A stretch of 64,000 bases of DNA from an uncultured Acidobacteriota bacterium. GTDB taxonomy: Bacteria > Acidobacteriota > Blastocatellia > RBC074. Below, piece by piece: positions 45,766 to 55,966 of this stretch. The stretch spans positions 800,001 through 864,000 of the forward strand of contig CAWCKY010000007.1 of the NCBI GenBank assembly GCA_963796275.1. The letters run 5' to 3'. The notes beneath the pieces are model-generated. The model was given only the letters and a program-made list of their open reading frames with translations. It ran no database searches and was not told the origin of the DNA. Both the position numbers and the translations under genes were made by a program. Position 1 is the first letter of the stretch. The number at the start of each line of letters is the position of its first letter.

Positions 45766-47655
45766 ATGCGATATATATTGCTACTTTCCATCTGTTTGTT
45801 CGCCCTGACAGGGCAGACGAACAGGCAACAGGTCGCTGATCCGCTCGAGCCCGCACTGATAACTCCAGATGTCGCGGAGTATCAGCTGCTTCAGTATCTC
45901 GATCGTAAGGCACCCGCTCTGGATCGGGTGCAAAACCTCGCCAAGTTTGGTGAGGAGTCGAAAAAGATGCGGCGCCGCGTGTTGAATGATGTGATTTTTT
46001 ACGGTTGGCCGCGGGAATGGGTGGATGCTCCCTTGGTCGCCGAGAACCTTGGCACAATTCCTTCCGGACCAGGTTATCGCATCCACAAGATACGCTATGA
46101 GATTTTGCCGGGTTTTCAAGCCGCCGCCATTCTGTATGAACCGGAGAATCTGACGGGAAAGGTTCCGGCGATTCTGAATTTGAACGGTCATGTGGGACCA
46201 CCCGGCAAGGCTATCGAGTATAAGCAGAAGCAGTGCATCAATCTCGCACGACACGGCATCATCTCTCTGAATTTGGAGTGGTTCGCGTACGGTGAGCTGA
46301 GCCACGCCGAGAACGGCCACTGGTTTGGCGGACATCTCGATCTGGTCGGGGCAAATGCGGCCGGGCTGTTCTATCTCGCCATGCGTAAAGGGCTGGATTT
46401 TCTCGAACAGCATCCCCATGCGGATCGAACGCGTCTGGGTGTAACGGGACTATCGGGCGGGGGCTGGCAGACCATTATTCTCAGCGCGCTTGATGAACGA
46501 GTCGCGGTATCCGTTCCCGTGGCCGGCTATTCCGCACTGCGATCGAGACTCGAGCGCGGCGGCGACGTCGGGGATATCGAGCAGAACGCGACGGATTTGT
46601 TGGTTGGACAGGATTATTCACACCTGACCGCGCTCCGTGCTCCGCGACCAACCTTGCTCATCTACAATGTTGAAGATGATTGCTGCTTCCGGGCCCCGCT
46701 CGTGAAACCCTGGATATTCGATGCCATCAGGCCATTCTTCGCACTGTACGGAAAGGCCGGCAATTTGGGATGGCATGAGAACCTTGACCCCGCCACGCAC
46801 AACTATCACCTCGATAATCGTCTGCAATCCTATCGCTTTTTTTCAAAGCATTTCGGTGTGCCGGAAATCCAGAATGAATCCGGCGTGGCCGGAGAAGTAA
46901 AATCTCCGGCTGAGCTTACCGTTGGATTGTCTGATGGGAATCTGACGGTTCTCGGCGTCGCGCGAAAGCTGCTAGCGAAGAGACAACCGCGGCCCGGCGA
47001 TCGCCAACGCCTGGCGCAACTCGTTCGCTATCAGCCGGTGCAGGCGCGGCCGTGGCCCGTGAGCAACGGCAAGCATAAAGGACTTGAGACTTACTCCGCG
47101 CGTTTCGATTTTAACAACGGGTTGAGCGCAACCGCTGTTTTACTGAAGGCGATAAGCGCGGAGAATGTCAGGGAAGTCACGCTCTGCTTGAATGACAAGG
47201 GTAAAAAGGCTTCCGGAGAGCTCGTTTCGGAACGCGTCAATCGCGGCGAAGCCGTCATCGCGGCTGATCTGCTGTTCACCGGAGATTGCGTTCCGCGCCG
47301 CGGAACCACGGCATTCTCTCAGTTATTGGCGGCCACCGGCGACCGCTCGCTTGGCCTCGAGTCCGCGCAACTCATTGCGCTGGCTCGGTGGGCTCGCACG
47401 GATACCGGCGCTGCTTCAATACGGTTGGAGGCCACCGGGATTCGAAGTCAGGTAATCGCACTTGTGGCCGCTGCCCTGGAGCCGGGCCTATTTCGCGAAG
47501 TCGCAGTGCACGAAGGCCGTGATTCGCTTCGATATCTTCTGGATGGACCGGTTGAATATTACACTGCGCCCGACCTCTTCTGTCTCGGCTTGTTAAAAGA
47601 ATTCGATATAGAGGACCTCATACAACTCTCGGCACCGACTACGCTTCAGAGATAG
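45766..47655 (+). CDS. Secreted alpha/beta hydrolase (acetylxylan esterase-like)
   Basis: GVTGLSGGG nucleophile elbow, NGH, DDCCF, THNY. Confidence 0.78.
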   Translation: MRYILLLSICLFALTGQTNRQQVADPLEPALITPDVAEYQLLQYLDRKAPALDRVQNLAKFGEESKKMRRRVLNDVIFYGWPREWVDAPLVAENLGTIPSGPGYRIHKIRYEILPGFQAAAILYEPENLTGKVPAILNLNGHVGPPGKAIEYKQKQCINLARHGIISLNLEWFAYGELSHAENGHWFGGHLDLVGANAAGLFYLAMRKGLDFLEQHPHADRTRLGVTGLSGGGWQTIILSALDERVAVSVPVAGYSALRSRLERGGDVGDIEQNATDLLVGQDYSHLTALRAPRPTLLIYNVEDDCCFRAPLVKPWIFDAIRPFFALYGKAGNLGWHENLDPATHNYHLDNRLQSYRFFSKHFGVPEIQNESGVAGEVKSPAELTVGLSDGNLTVLGVARKLLAKRQPRPGDRQRLAQLVRYQPVQARPWPVSNGKHKGLETYSARFDFNNGLSATAVLLKAISAENVREVTLCLNDKGKKASGELVSERVNRGEAVIAADLLFTGDCVPRRGTTAFSQLLAATGDRSLGLESAQLIALARWARTDTGAASIRLEATGIRSQVIALVAAALEPGLFREVAVHEGRDSLRYLLDGPVEYYTAPDLFCLGLLKEFDIEDLIQLSAPTTLQR

Positions 47656-47725
47656 CGAAAATCCGCGAGAGCGGCTTTTACACTGAGGGGAGAGTTTGCT
47701 TACACAGGTGTTTAGGAATAAGGGT

Positions 47726-48451
47726 ATGTTGGATTTTTCAGCGAGTACTATTCGTGCGAATGATCGTGGATACATTGCTTACCATGCTCCACGTTATGCC
47801 TTCCTCCTCCAACTCCTGGCGGGATACGGCGTGACGGCCAGCTCAAAAGTTCTAGATATAGGACCATCGCAGCTGACCGCCTTAATACATGAATACTTCG
47901 GAACCGCAGTGGATACGCTCGGTCTGGATCCTTATCGGGTAGCAGCTGGAGCAACGCATTTCGATTTTGATCTCAATCTCACCCAGGACGAGGCTCATTG
48001 GAGAGTGGACCTTCCCACGTATGAGGTCGTAGTGATGGCGGAAGTTCTCGAGCATCTGCACACTGCTCCCCAGTTGGTCTTGGCCTTCGTCAAAACTTTA
48101 CTGGCCGAGAATGGTCTATTGATACTGCAAACTCCGAATGCGGCATCGTTTCAGAAACGAGTGAAATTGCTTATGGGACGTAATCCGTATGAGATGATTC
48201 GGGTAGATGCTTCCAACCCGGGCCATTTCCGTGAGTATACTATCTCTGAACTGGCCAGCATGGCTGAGCCGCTGGGATTTAATATTGAGAGATGTATGAC
48301 CGCATTTTACTTCGACGCTCGTTTCGCACGCCACACAGCCGGGCGCGTTGAGCCTCAGCAGATTCTCGGTTTTGTCAAAAACTCGTTTTATAGGATGCTT
48401 CCCACCAGACTGAGGGAAGGTGTAACTATGGTTTGGCGAAAAAACGCATAA
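47726..48451 (+). CDS. Class I SAM-dependent methyltransferase
   Basis: VLDIG, EVLEHL, LILQTPN, HFREYT. Confidence 0.85.
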   Translation: MLDFSASTIRANDRGYIAYHAPRYAFLLQLLAGYGVTASSKVLDIGPSQLTALIHEYFGTAVDTLGLDPYRVAAGATHFDFDLNLTQDEAHWRVDLPTYEVVVMAEVLEHLHTAPQLVLAFVKTLLAENGLLILQTPNAASFQKRVKLLMGRNPYEMIRVDASNPGHFREYTISELASMAEPLGFNIERCMTAFYFDARFARHTAGRVEPQQILGFVKNSFYRMLPTRLREGVTMVWRKNA

Positions 48452-48498
48452 GAAGATAAGCGTAAAATGCAGGCTTCAGAACGAAAATCTCATCCCAC

Positions 48499-48630
48499 TC
48501 ACTTCTTAATGGCCTTGATAAAACTGTTGATTTCCTCAATGAGTTTGCGAACGACTGGAAGCGATGGATCTGTGTAAGACTTGATTTGCTTTTCTTGCTT
48601 GGCGGGAACCTCTTTGAGCACGTGATTCAT
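48499..48630 (-). pseudogene. C-terminal remnant of an alpha/beta hydrolase
   Basis: Manual translation MNHVLKEVPAKQEKQIKSYTDPSLPVVRKLIEEINSFIKAIKK* resembles the GMNHxLK catalytic-His tail of serine-aminopeptidase-like hydrolases; an in-frame stop lies just upstream. Confidence 0.5.
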
Positions 48631-48687
48631 CCATTATTACGCGTCTTCCACGCCGCAGGCGAAACAGTGCATAGTGGCCTGTTGCTC

Positions 48688-50550
48688 TTAGTCCTTTTTC
48701 GCGCCAGCTTCAATGAGGATGTTGATGATGGCGGCATTTTTCTTCTTTTCAGCCCGCTGCAACGGAGTGATACCATTTGTTGTACGTTCCTCAATATCGG
48801 CACCAGCATTAACCAACAGCTTGACGATCTCCATATCTTCGTATTCTATAGCCTGGTGCAATAATGAATAGTGGATGCGGTCGATACGCGCGTTTGGATT
48901 AACGCCTGATGCAATCAGGAGCCTCACGTTCTCAATTCGACTTTTTAATACAGCTACCCAAAGGAGTTTTTCCAGGTCGGCAACTTTTACTCCATTGAAA
49001 TTACCACCGTTAGCGATGAGGAACTCCTCGACAGCCCACTGTTTATTCCTGATTGCCTCGAATAACGGCGTGCTTGGCTCGAATAACGGCGACCCGTCAG
49101 CAAAGCATGGAGAGTTGATGTCGGCGCCAGCCTTTAAGAGAAGCTTGACGATTTCTAGATGTCCTCTACCTGCAGCCTCACACAGCACCGTCTTAGGTAT
49201 TAAAAAGTCAGGTACGGCGTTGATGTTGACTATATTTTTTAGCAGGATTTTCACACTCTCCTGATCCGCGTTTATAACTGGAGAGACCAGCATTCTGGCA
49301 TCTACCTTGGCGCCGGCATCAACCAAGAATCTAATAATCTCCAAGCGTCTACACCTCTCTTTAATACGAGGATAATTACACACTATGTCCAAAGGGCTGA
49401 GATTGCCCGCGTACGAGCCCTTGGCGTTAATGTCGGCACCGGACGCTACTAATATCTTTACAATTTCGAGATACCCTTTTGCCGCTGCCACATGTAGAGG
49501 TGTGTACCCGAACTGGCTCCTGTAGTTGTTCTTGGCGTTGACCTTAGCACCGGTCTTGATCAGGAATTTTACACCTTCTGTTTGTCCTTCTTTCACCGCC
49601 CACGTAAACGGCCGCTCCGAGTTCTTGTCCTGAGCGTCAAGTGTTGCTCCAGCCTTCAAAAGAGTAGACATGGCGTCCAGGTGTCCGCCGGATGCCGCGA
49701 AGTGAAGCGGGGTCGCTTTGTTATCGTCCTTTGCATTTGGATTGCCACAGTCTGCGAGTAGACTCTTGATAGCAACCACATCTCCGCTTTCCGCAGCCAC
49801 GTGCAACGGTGTCTTTCCCTCCGCGGGAGCAACGCGAAGTTGCACCGGGTAGCCCAACTGCTTCATCAGCTGTAGGATGACATCCATTTTGATCGCTCGC
49901 CCGAAGGGCGATTGATCCGCAATAATCATTCCGAGAAGGTTCGCGTTCTCATCAAGCACCCCCCCGCCTGAATGGCCCTTACTTATGAAAGACGACTGGA
50001 ACATAATCTCTTTTCCAATGATTTGGGCGACCTTGTCCGGCACAACTGGCATCGCCCATGACACTCCGTTCGGATTGCCCACCGGAGAGACTGCATCCCC
50101 GCGTTTTCTCGCGGATGCTTTTCCCAATCGAGCGAAGGGTAACGCACAGACATCTACGCCTTGCTCTGATAGACCTGTAAGGCTTAACACAGCCAGGTCA
50201 AGTTTCGATTGAGCCCCATCTTTCAAGAGAGCCGCTTTCAGTGGCTTATCCGGCAGAGCCCTCAGTTTGATCCAAATATTCTTGGGCGGTCCCGCGCCTC
50301 TGCGGAACAGGTGGTCGGCTGTCATTATCAAGAGACGGTTCTTCTCGCGGCCAAAGATAATTCCTGCCCCGAATCCCTCTTCTCCTTCGAATTCAACGTT
50401 CACCATCACGATCAATTGGGAGGTCAGTTCGAATCCCTGGTCAAAGTTCTGGGCGCATACCGGCGGCCGTGGACTGATGCTCAACAGCAGCATTCCACAT
50501 ACCAGCAGGGGCAATAACCTATGGCCAACAACACGATTGGTTGATTTCAT
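48688..50550 (-). CDS. Secreted trypsin-like serine protease fused to ankyrin repeats
   Basis: Signal peptide; triad TADH / DLAVL / GHSGGG; multiple TPLH.AA ankyrin repeats. Confidence 0.9.
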   Translation of the reverse strand: MKSTNRVVGHRLLPLLVCGMLLLSISPRPPVCAQNFDQGFELTSQLIVMVNVEFEGEEGFGAGIIFGREKNRLLIMTADHLFRRGAGPPKNIWIKLRALPDKPLKAALLKDGAQSKLDLAVLSLTGLSEQGVDVCALPFARLGKASARKRGDAVSPVGNPNGVSWAMPVVPDKVAQIIGKEIMFQSSFISKGHSGGGVLDENANLLGMIIADQSPFGRAIKMDVILQLMKQLGYPVQLRVAPAEGKTPLHVAAESGDVVAIKSLLADCGNPNAKDDNKATPLHFAASGGHLDAMSTLLKAGATLDAQDKNSERPFTWAVKEGQTEGVKFLIKTGAKVNAKNNYRSQFGYTPLHVAAAKGYLEIVKILVASGADINAKGSYAGNLSPLDIVCNYPRIKERCRRLEIIRFLVDAGAKVDARMLVSPVINADQESVKILLKNIVNINAVPDFLIPKTVLCEAAGRGHLEIVKLLLKAGADINSPCFADGSPLFEPSTPLFEAIRNKQWAVEEFLIANGGNFNGVKVADLEKLLWVAVLKSRIENVRLLIASGVNPNARIDRIHYSLLHQAIEYEDMEIVKLLVNAGADIEERTTNGITPLQRAEKKKNAAIINILIEAGAKKD

Positions 50551-51701
50551 TTTTGGTTACTCCACCAGCGCATTACGCCGAAGATCAGGCCGAAGACGTA
50601 TAGTGTCGTAGCCCACAGCAAAGAAAGGCTGTGGCGTGCTCGTACCCACTCCAGGTAGGTGGGCATCAGGCTACTGCGACTCGTGCCGGTGCCAGTCGTC
50701 ATGCCGCTGACTTGACCGTGAAATGCAATAGTTATGTGATCGTCGTGCAATTGCAGCGTTCTGATCTCGCCTTCTGACGATTCAAATTGAATTGCTTCTC
50801 CTGAGCGAATGCGGCGCTCCTTGCCACTCAGCTCTTCGAAATAGAGCGATCCAGATAGGATCGTTGAAACACGGCGCACGCTGGTATGCTTCGGGTCCAT
50901 TAGTTGATCGACACGGAAAAAAGAGAGATCGGTCGCAGAAAGTTGAGGAGAGAAAATATTCTTGGATGCTGCAGAAGGTTTAATATCCATATCGACTTCG
51001 TTCGAACCGGATCGCATCAGCATCGATCTAGGGCTCGAAAAGTTAAGTTGCTGTAGGGGAGCATCTTGCAGCCCGATTCTAATTGGCCCATCGACATCTG
51101 CGCGTAAAATAAGCTCGGCCCCTTTGATGGAAAGGCGGTATTGTTGCGGGATATCGGTTGGACGCACCCATACGTGGGCGCCAGCGGGCAGCGGTAGCGC
51201 TGCCAGAGTCACCGTTCCCTTTTGCTGGCTTTCAGAGCCGGTCGATAATCGGATGGCGAATCCCGGGCCGTCGGACGCACGGAGCGTGCGGGCATCCTGG
51301 GTTTCGGAACGCGGTATTTCGATCTCCTGCAAACCAGACACTCCCAGGGCCGAGAGCTTCATAAAATCGGCAAGTACTTGCCGCTCGGGCAATCCAAAAC
51401 TTATCTCAGAAAGCGAAATATCTAGCTCGATCTCCGTTTTCGAAACGCGGGCAAAAAGCAGAATGCTTACGATAACTAACGTGACACCCAATAGAGCAGC
51501 GACCTGCCACCGCACTCTAGGAGGTGGCGGCGTTGCCACGGCGCTGATTTCAACTAACCGCGCGAGCCGCTCCAGTCGTTCAAGTTGTTCCTCTGAAATC
51601 TCACCCTTAGCCTGGACCGCATCGTCGCACAACGCCTTTGTGCGTTGGCTAAGCATACCTCGTATTTGATCTCGCTCGATGCGAGGTTCCCCGTTCTTCA
51701 T
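50547..51701 (-). CDS. Hypothetical membrane protein (two TM segments flanking a large soluble domain)
   Basis: Hydrophobic segments WQVAALLGVTLVIVSILLF and LSLLWATTLYVFGLIFGV; ATGA overlap with the protease. Confidence 0.8.
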   Translation of the reverse strand: MKNGEPRIERDQIRGMLSQRTKALCDDAVQAKGEISEEQLERLERLARLVEISAVATPPPPRVRWQVAALLGVTLVIVSILLFARVSKTEIELDISLSEISFGLPERQVLADFMKLSALGVSGLQEIEIPRSETQDARTLRASDGPGFAIRLSTGSESQQKGTVTLAALPLPAGAHVWVRPTDIPQQYRLSIKGAELILRADVDGPIRIGLQDAPLQQLNFSSPRSMLMRSGSNEVDMDIKPSAASKNIFSPQLSATDLSFFRVDQLMDPKHTSVRRVSTILSGSLYFEELSGKERRIRSGEAIQFESSEGEIRTLQLHDDHITIAFHGQVSGMTTGTGTSRSSLMPTYLEWVRARHSLSLLWATTLYVFGLIFGVMRWWSNQK

Positions 51702-51723
51702 TTTGAAATTGGTTTAGGTGAAG

Positions 51724-52530
51724 TTATGCCTTCGGGTAGTACAACCAGAGCTCAATCGTAGACGCCCCCCCACTTCTTAACCTTGCCCCGATCTCCAGGT
51801 AATAAGTCCCAGTCTCCTTTAACCCGGTAATCGGGATTTCAATGCCGCGCTCGGCCGGGTAATAACCGTATCCCAGTTTTTCTCCATCCTTGAAGAACTT
51901 TTTTGGGCGGCCATCAGCCCCAATTGATGCCAGGCTAACGAAGACCTCCTCCAACTCTACACCAGGTAGCAGAATGAGCTTATAGCTTCCCGTCCGTGCA
52001 GCCTGGCCCACTTGCCCCGCTTGATGAATGCGAAGCGGTAAGTACACGTCCCGCTCCCTCTGGCCCACTGAATATCGAGTCAAGGCCACAACGCCAAGAT
52101 CGTTCTTTATGATATTCAAAGAAGCCAGAATGTCAGTTGGCCAATGATATGAAGCGCGCCCTGACGCCTGAGCGGTGTCCATGCGGTAGTATAAGTGCCG
52201 TTTAAGCGCCTGGGCCCGCACGCTGACATTGCCATTGCCAGGCGGCTTGTCCCACTCAATATCAAGAGCTTTGCCCGACCCTATTTTATATTCCTCAAAG
52301 TATTCGGTTAAAGATGCGACTAGGAGCGTCGTGCTGCCGACCTTTTCGATGTATATCCCTTCGCAACGGTCACCACGATCGCGGTAACCCAGCGGGTTAT
52401 TGGTAAGTTGAGTCAGCGATGCATCGCAATGGCTCTGACTACCAGCCGAAAGATTGGATGGACATCCGCCTCCTAGAAGAACCACAAGTGAAAAGACTAA
52501 GCCATATCGGAGTACGAGTTGATTCATCAT
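51724..52530 (-). CDS. Hypothetical exported protein / putative lipoprotein
   Basis: Hydrophobic N-terminus ending VLLGGGC; Cys pair HCD...RCEG; 22-bp gap to the next gene. Confidence 0.78.
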   Translation of the reverse strand: MMNQLVLRYGLVFSLVVLLGGGCPSNLSAGSQSHCDASLTQLTNNPLGYRDRGDRCEGIYIEKVGSTTLLVASLTEYFEEYKIGSGKALDIEWDKPPGNGNVSVRAQALKRHLYYRMDTAQASGRASYHWPTDILASLNIIKNDLGVVALTRYSVGQRERDVYLPLRIHQAGQVGQAARTGSYKLILLPGVELEEVFVSLASIGADGRPKKFFKDGEKLGYGYYPAERGIEIPITGLKETGTYYLEIGARLRSGGASTIELWLYYPKA

Positions 52531-52997
52531 GACTAGGCGCGTGCGTTATGGCGTTTTAGTGCCGATCTCGAAATGCTCGGCTCTGGGCGTTCAATATTGC
52601 TTCGGGTGCACTTTGGCCGAATCGTTGCAATGGGTCTCGTTGGGGGACGGCCGGGGCTTTCACGCTGACGGTGCCGAACATAATTATGAAGGACGCGGCG
52701 CGGATTCGCCAACCGCGGGGTGACGATTACAAGGTGAGCTGAAAGAGATTGATCGACACCCTCTGAGTGAGTCCGGTTAGCGGTCGAGCCGCAGTCGCCT
52801 CAGGGCCATGGCGTAACACTTCTCAAAAATTCTCTCGGAACGCCGAGTAGTTCTCGGGTGCCATTCGTCACTGCCCGACAAGCGAGTGGGCAACCCGTCA
52901 ATCAAGAGAATCAGGAGGCGCAATGAAAGACTATCGTCTGTGTATCGGAATGCGTTTTGCGCATCAAAACAACCAATCAGCGATTGTTTTCGTGCGA

Positions 52998-53549
52998 TCA
53001 TGCCCGTTTGCGTTTCTGCTCCACATTATATTTTTTCCTGAGACCTCGCACCCACTTTTCTATATACGGCTGCAACGGTTTGAATATCCGGCCCCTCCAT
53101 CCACTCTGTTTCTCCCGCCAGGACTTGTGATATTGCTCCACGTAAGATCGGATGGCGTTCTCATATTGGTTCTTCTTTATTCCGTGCGACAGAGTCAGGA
53201 AGTAATGCTGGGCTTGAAGCGATAGCACAAGATACGCGAGGTTCGGCTTGAAATTTAGCCGCGCGGCAATGCGCTTGAAAATACCGTCCTTCGGTAAGAG
53301 CATCGCCAATGCAATTTCGGCCCATGGTTGCTGATTGCCCTGCCGCGGATGATAGAGCCCGGGTAACTCCGTGACATTTTGCGCCCCCATCCGGGGTATG
53401 CGGCTATCCGGCATAATCCGATCAGCCAGGACGATCCTGCTCAGACCGCGAATATGCTCTCTCGGTACGGTGTCCAGGACGCTCTGAATCGTCTCTTCCG
53501 TCTTTTTTGGTAACTTGATCGAAGCCTGATTCTCAATTTTGATCGACAT
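52998..53549 (-). CDS. Hypothetical protein
   Basis: 183-aa ORF with RBS GAGGTG, downstream of lpxD. Confidence 0.7.
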   Translation of the reverse strand: MSIKIENQASIKLPKKTEETIQSVLDTVPREHIRGLSRIVLADRIMPDSRIPRMGAQNVTELPGLYHPRQGNQQPWAEIALAMLLPKDGIFKRIAARLNFKPNLAYLVLSLQAQHYFLTLSHGIKKNQYENAIRSYVEQYHKSWREKQSGWRGRIFKPLQPYIEKWVRGLRKKYNVEQKRKRA

Positions 53550-53676
53550 TCATTCACCTCAATTCAATCTCTGCTTCCATAGTAATAATGGAAGATGGAA
53601 ACAAACAGGGCGATCAAGGGCAAAAGAGGCGAAAAAAAATTTGCCTCTCTGGGATTTGTTTCCCTAACCACTTCAA

Positions 53677-54717
53677 CTACTTCCCAAGCTCTCTCTCCAT
53701 CTGATCCAGTCTCTCTTTCATCGCCCTCATCTCTTTTTGAAGTTGAGGTAATTGGGCAAAGATAGCCGAAGACTTCAACCAGTTACGATTATCAATGGCA
53801 GGGTAGCCGGAGATCAGTTTATCGGGCTCTACCGAATTGGGAATACCGGATTGCGCGGTGGCCACCACTCTATCGCCGATTTTAAGGTGGCCCGCTACGC
53901 CGACCTGCCCGCTCAAGATAACCTCGTTGCCAATCTGCGTGCTTCCGGCCAGACCTACCTGAGCGCAGAGCAGGGTATTCTGCCCGACGATCGAACCATG
54001 ACCAATCTGAACCATGTTGTCAACTTTCGTCCCCCTCCCGATAGATGTCGCTCCGATGGATGCGCGATCTATCACGCTGCCGGAGCCGATCTCAACATCA
54101 TCTTCGATAATCACGGTTCCTGTCTGTGGGATTTTATACCAGGAATTATCGGGGCGTTTGGCGTAGCCGAACCCGTCGCTCCCGACTACCACATTATTCT
54201 GGAGAATCACGCGCGACCCGATCCGGCACCGCTCCCTGATGACGCAATGGGAGTGAACGAAAGTATGATCGCCGATCTCCGCTCCGGAATATATCGTGCA
54301 ATGGGACAGGATGGTGACGTTATTCCCGATCTTTACACCATCGCCGATGATAGAGAAGGCGCCGATCGTCACCTTCTCACCTATGATTGCCGTCGGTGAT
54401 ATCACCGCTTTGGAGTCTATCCCGCTATCGAACCGCGGTTGATCATGGAATAGTGATAACGCCCGCGCGAACGTGAGATACGGATGCGCCGAAATAAGCC
54501 CTGATTGCCCCGCGAGCAAATTCGCCGCATCGTCTGTGATGATGGCCGCCGCGCTCGTGGTGCCCAGGTACTTTCGGTATTTCCTGTTGCTCAGAAAAGT
54601 GAGCTCGTTCTCCCCAGCGCTCTCAATGGGAGCGACTCCCGTAATCTCAATCTCCGGATCTCCCACCAATTGGCAGGCGAGTTGTTGCGCAATCTCTACA
54701 AGTTTCATATTTGACAC
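53677..54717 (-). CDS. lpxD: UDP-3-O-acylglucosamine N-acyltransferase
   Basis: Hexapeptide repeats, [17 protein letters not shown]. Confidence 0.96.
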   Translation of the reverse strand: MSNMKLVEIAQQLACQLVGDPEIEITGVAPIESAGENELTFLSNRKYRKYLGTTSAAAIITDDAANLLAGQSGLISAHPYLTFARALSLFHDQPRFDSGIDSKAVISPTAIIGEKVTIGAFSIIGDGVKIGNNVTILSHCTIYSGAEIGDHTFVHSHCVIRERCRIGSRVILQNNVVVGSDGFGYAKRPDNSWYKIPQTGTVIIEDDVEIGSGSVIDRASIGATSIGRGTKVDNMVQIGHGSIVGQNTLLCAQVGLAGSTQIGNEVILSGQVGVAGHLKIGDRVVATAQSGIPNSVEPDKLISGYPAIDNRNWLKSSAIFAQLPQLQKEMRAMKERLDQMERELGK

Positions 54718-54919
54718 ACGTAAGAAGTTGATTATAATTCCTATAACTTCAGTCTGATAACGAGCACGTAGAACACGTGATAAATAACGAGGTCGACAGA
54801 AATGATTGTCGACGGAAAAGATTCAAGCGGGATGGCTCGAAGGCCGAACAGATCGACCTGATTTTTCGGTTGCCAGCGCTTATTGCCAAGAATACGGACA
54901 TAACAGATGCAGTGAGGGT

Positions 54920-55805
54920 ATGAAAGACAGCGAATTGATTGAAGAGTTTATATCAACTTTAAGAGTTGAAAAAGGGGCTTCTGACAACACGGTGCAATCC
55001 TACCGCAACGATCTGAAAAAGCTATCGGCCGCGGTATCAGCTAGTGGAAAAAGCCTACTGACCATGGATCGCGGCGATCTTCTATCCGTCATTATCATTT
55101 TGAAACAGGATGACATGAGCGACGCGAGCATAGCCAGATTCATCTCGGTCGTCAGGGGACTCTTTAAATTCGTGGTAAGCGAAGGATTCAGCAAAAACGA
55201 TCCGACCGCTCATTTCAATGTACGAAAAGCATGGCAAACGCTACCACGGTTCTTAAATCAGGAAGAGGTGGAAACAATACTCAGCAAACCCGATCTGGAG
55301 ACGGATGCCGGCATACGCGATCGAGCGATGCTGGAACTGCTCTATGCAACTGGGGTGCGCGTTTCGGAGCTGATCGGGCTGAAGATGAAGGACGTCGACT
55401 GGGATACCGGTCTATTGACCTGTCTCGGGAAGGGCAGCAAACAAAGACGCATTCCTATCGGACGTTCCGCATTACATTATCTGAAAACGTATTTGCCTGT
55501 GAGGAAGCGGCTGATGGGTGATCGCCATTCCGATCTGCTATTCGTCGAAGAGCAGGGAAGAAGAGTCACAAGACAGAAGTTTTGGAAGATAATCAAGACT
55601 TACGGCAAAATGGCGAATATCGAATATATTACGCCTCACATGCTGCGCCACAGTTTCGCCACGGCTCTGCTCTCCAACGGCGCCGATTTGAGTATCCGTT
55701 CAGATGATGCTGGGACACAGCGATATCAGTACAACCCAGATCTATACGCACGTGACTGATGATCATCTAAAGTCCGCATACAGAAAATTTCACCCTCGCT
55801 CCTGA
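54920..55805 (+). CDS. xerD: Tyrosine recombinase XerD; +1 frameshift at 55693 in this assembly
   Basis: [35 protein letters not shown]. Removing T55693 gives [25 protein letters not shown]...HPRS*. Confidence 0.93.
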
Positions 55806-55843
55806 TTTAGGGGCTGTGATAATTCGGCGAAAAAGTTCACCAT

Positions 55844-55912
55844 AAAAATCACAAATGGAGAACAAAAACACCGATTGCCCTAGTGTTGTCTTGTTCTCCA
55901 TTTGTGATTTTT
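55844..55912. repeat. Long inverted repeat (22-bp perfect arms) between convergent genes; probable terminator
   Basis: AAAAATCACAAATGGAGAACAA (55844-55865) and TTGTTCTCCATTTGTGATTTTT (55891-55912). Confidence 0.8.
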
Positions 55913-55966
55913 GTGTGGAATCTAGTTCTAAACTGATAACAATCTACTTTAAATTACATACTTCAA

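Noticed and set aside
52540-52690. Integron attC site (GTTATGGC ... GCCGAAC)
   Set aside because: The core sites are in the wrong order, I could not build a paired stem, and the recombinase nearby is a plain XerD.
54763-54785. parS site (AGAACACGTGATAA)
   Set aside because: Only the CACGTG core matches; the flanks are not palindromic.
54920-55805. Phage or island integrase
   Set aside because: Length and motifs match chromosomal XerD; no att site or tRNA is nearby.
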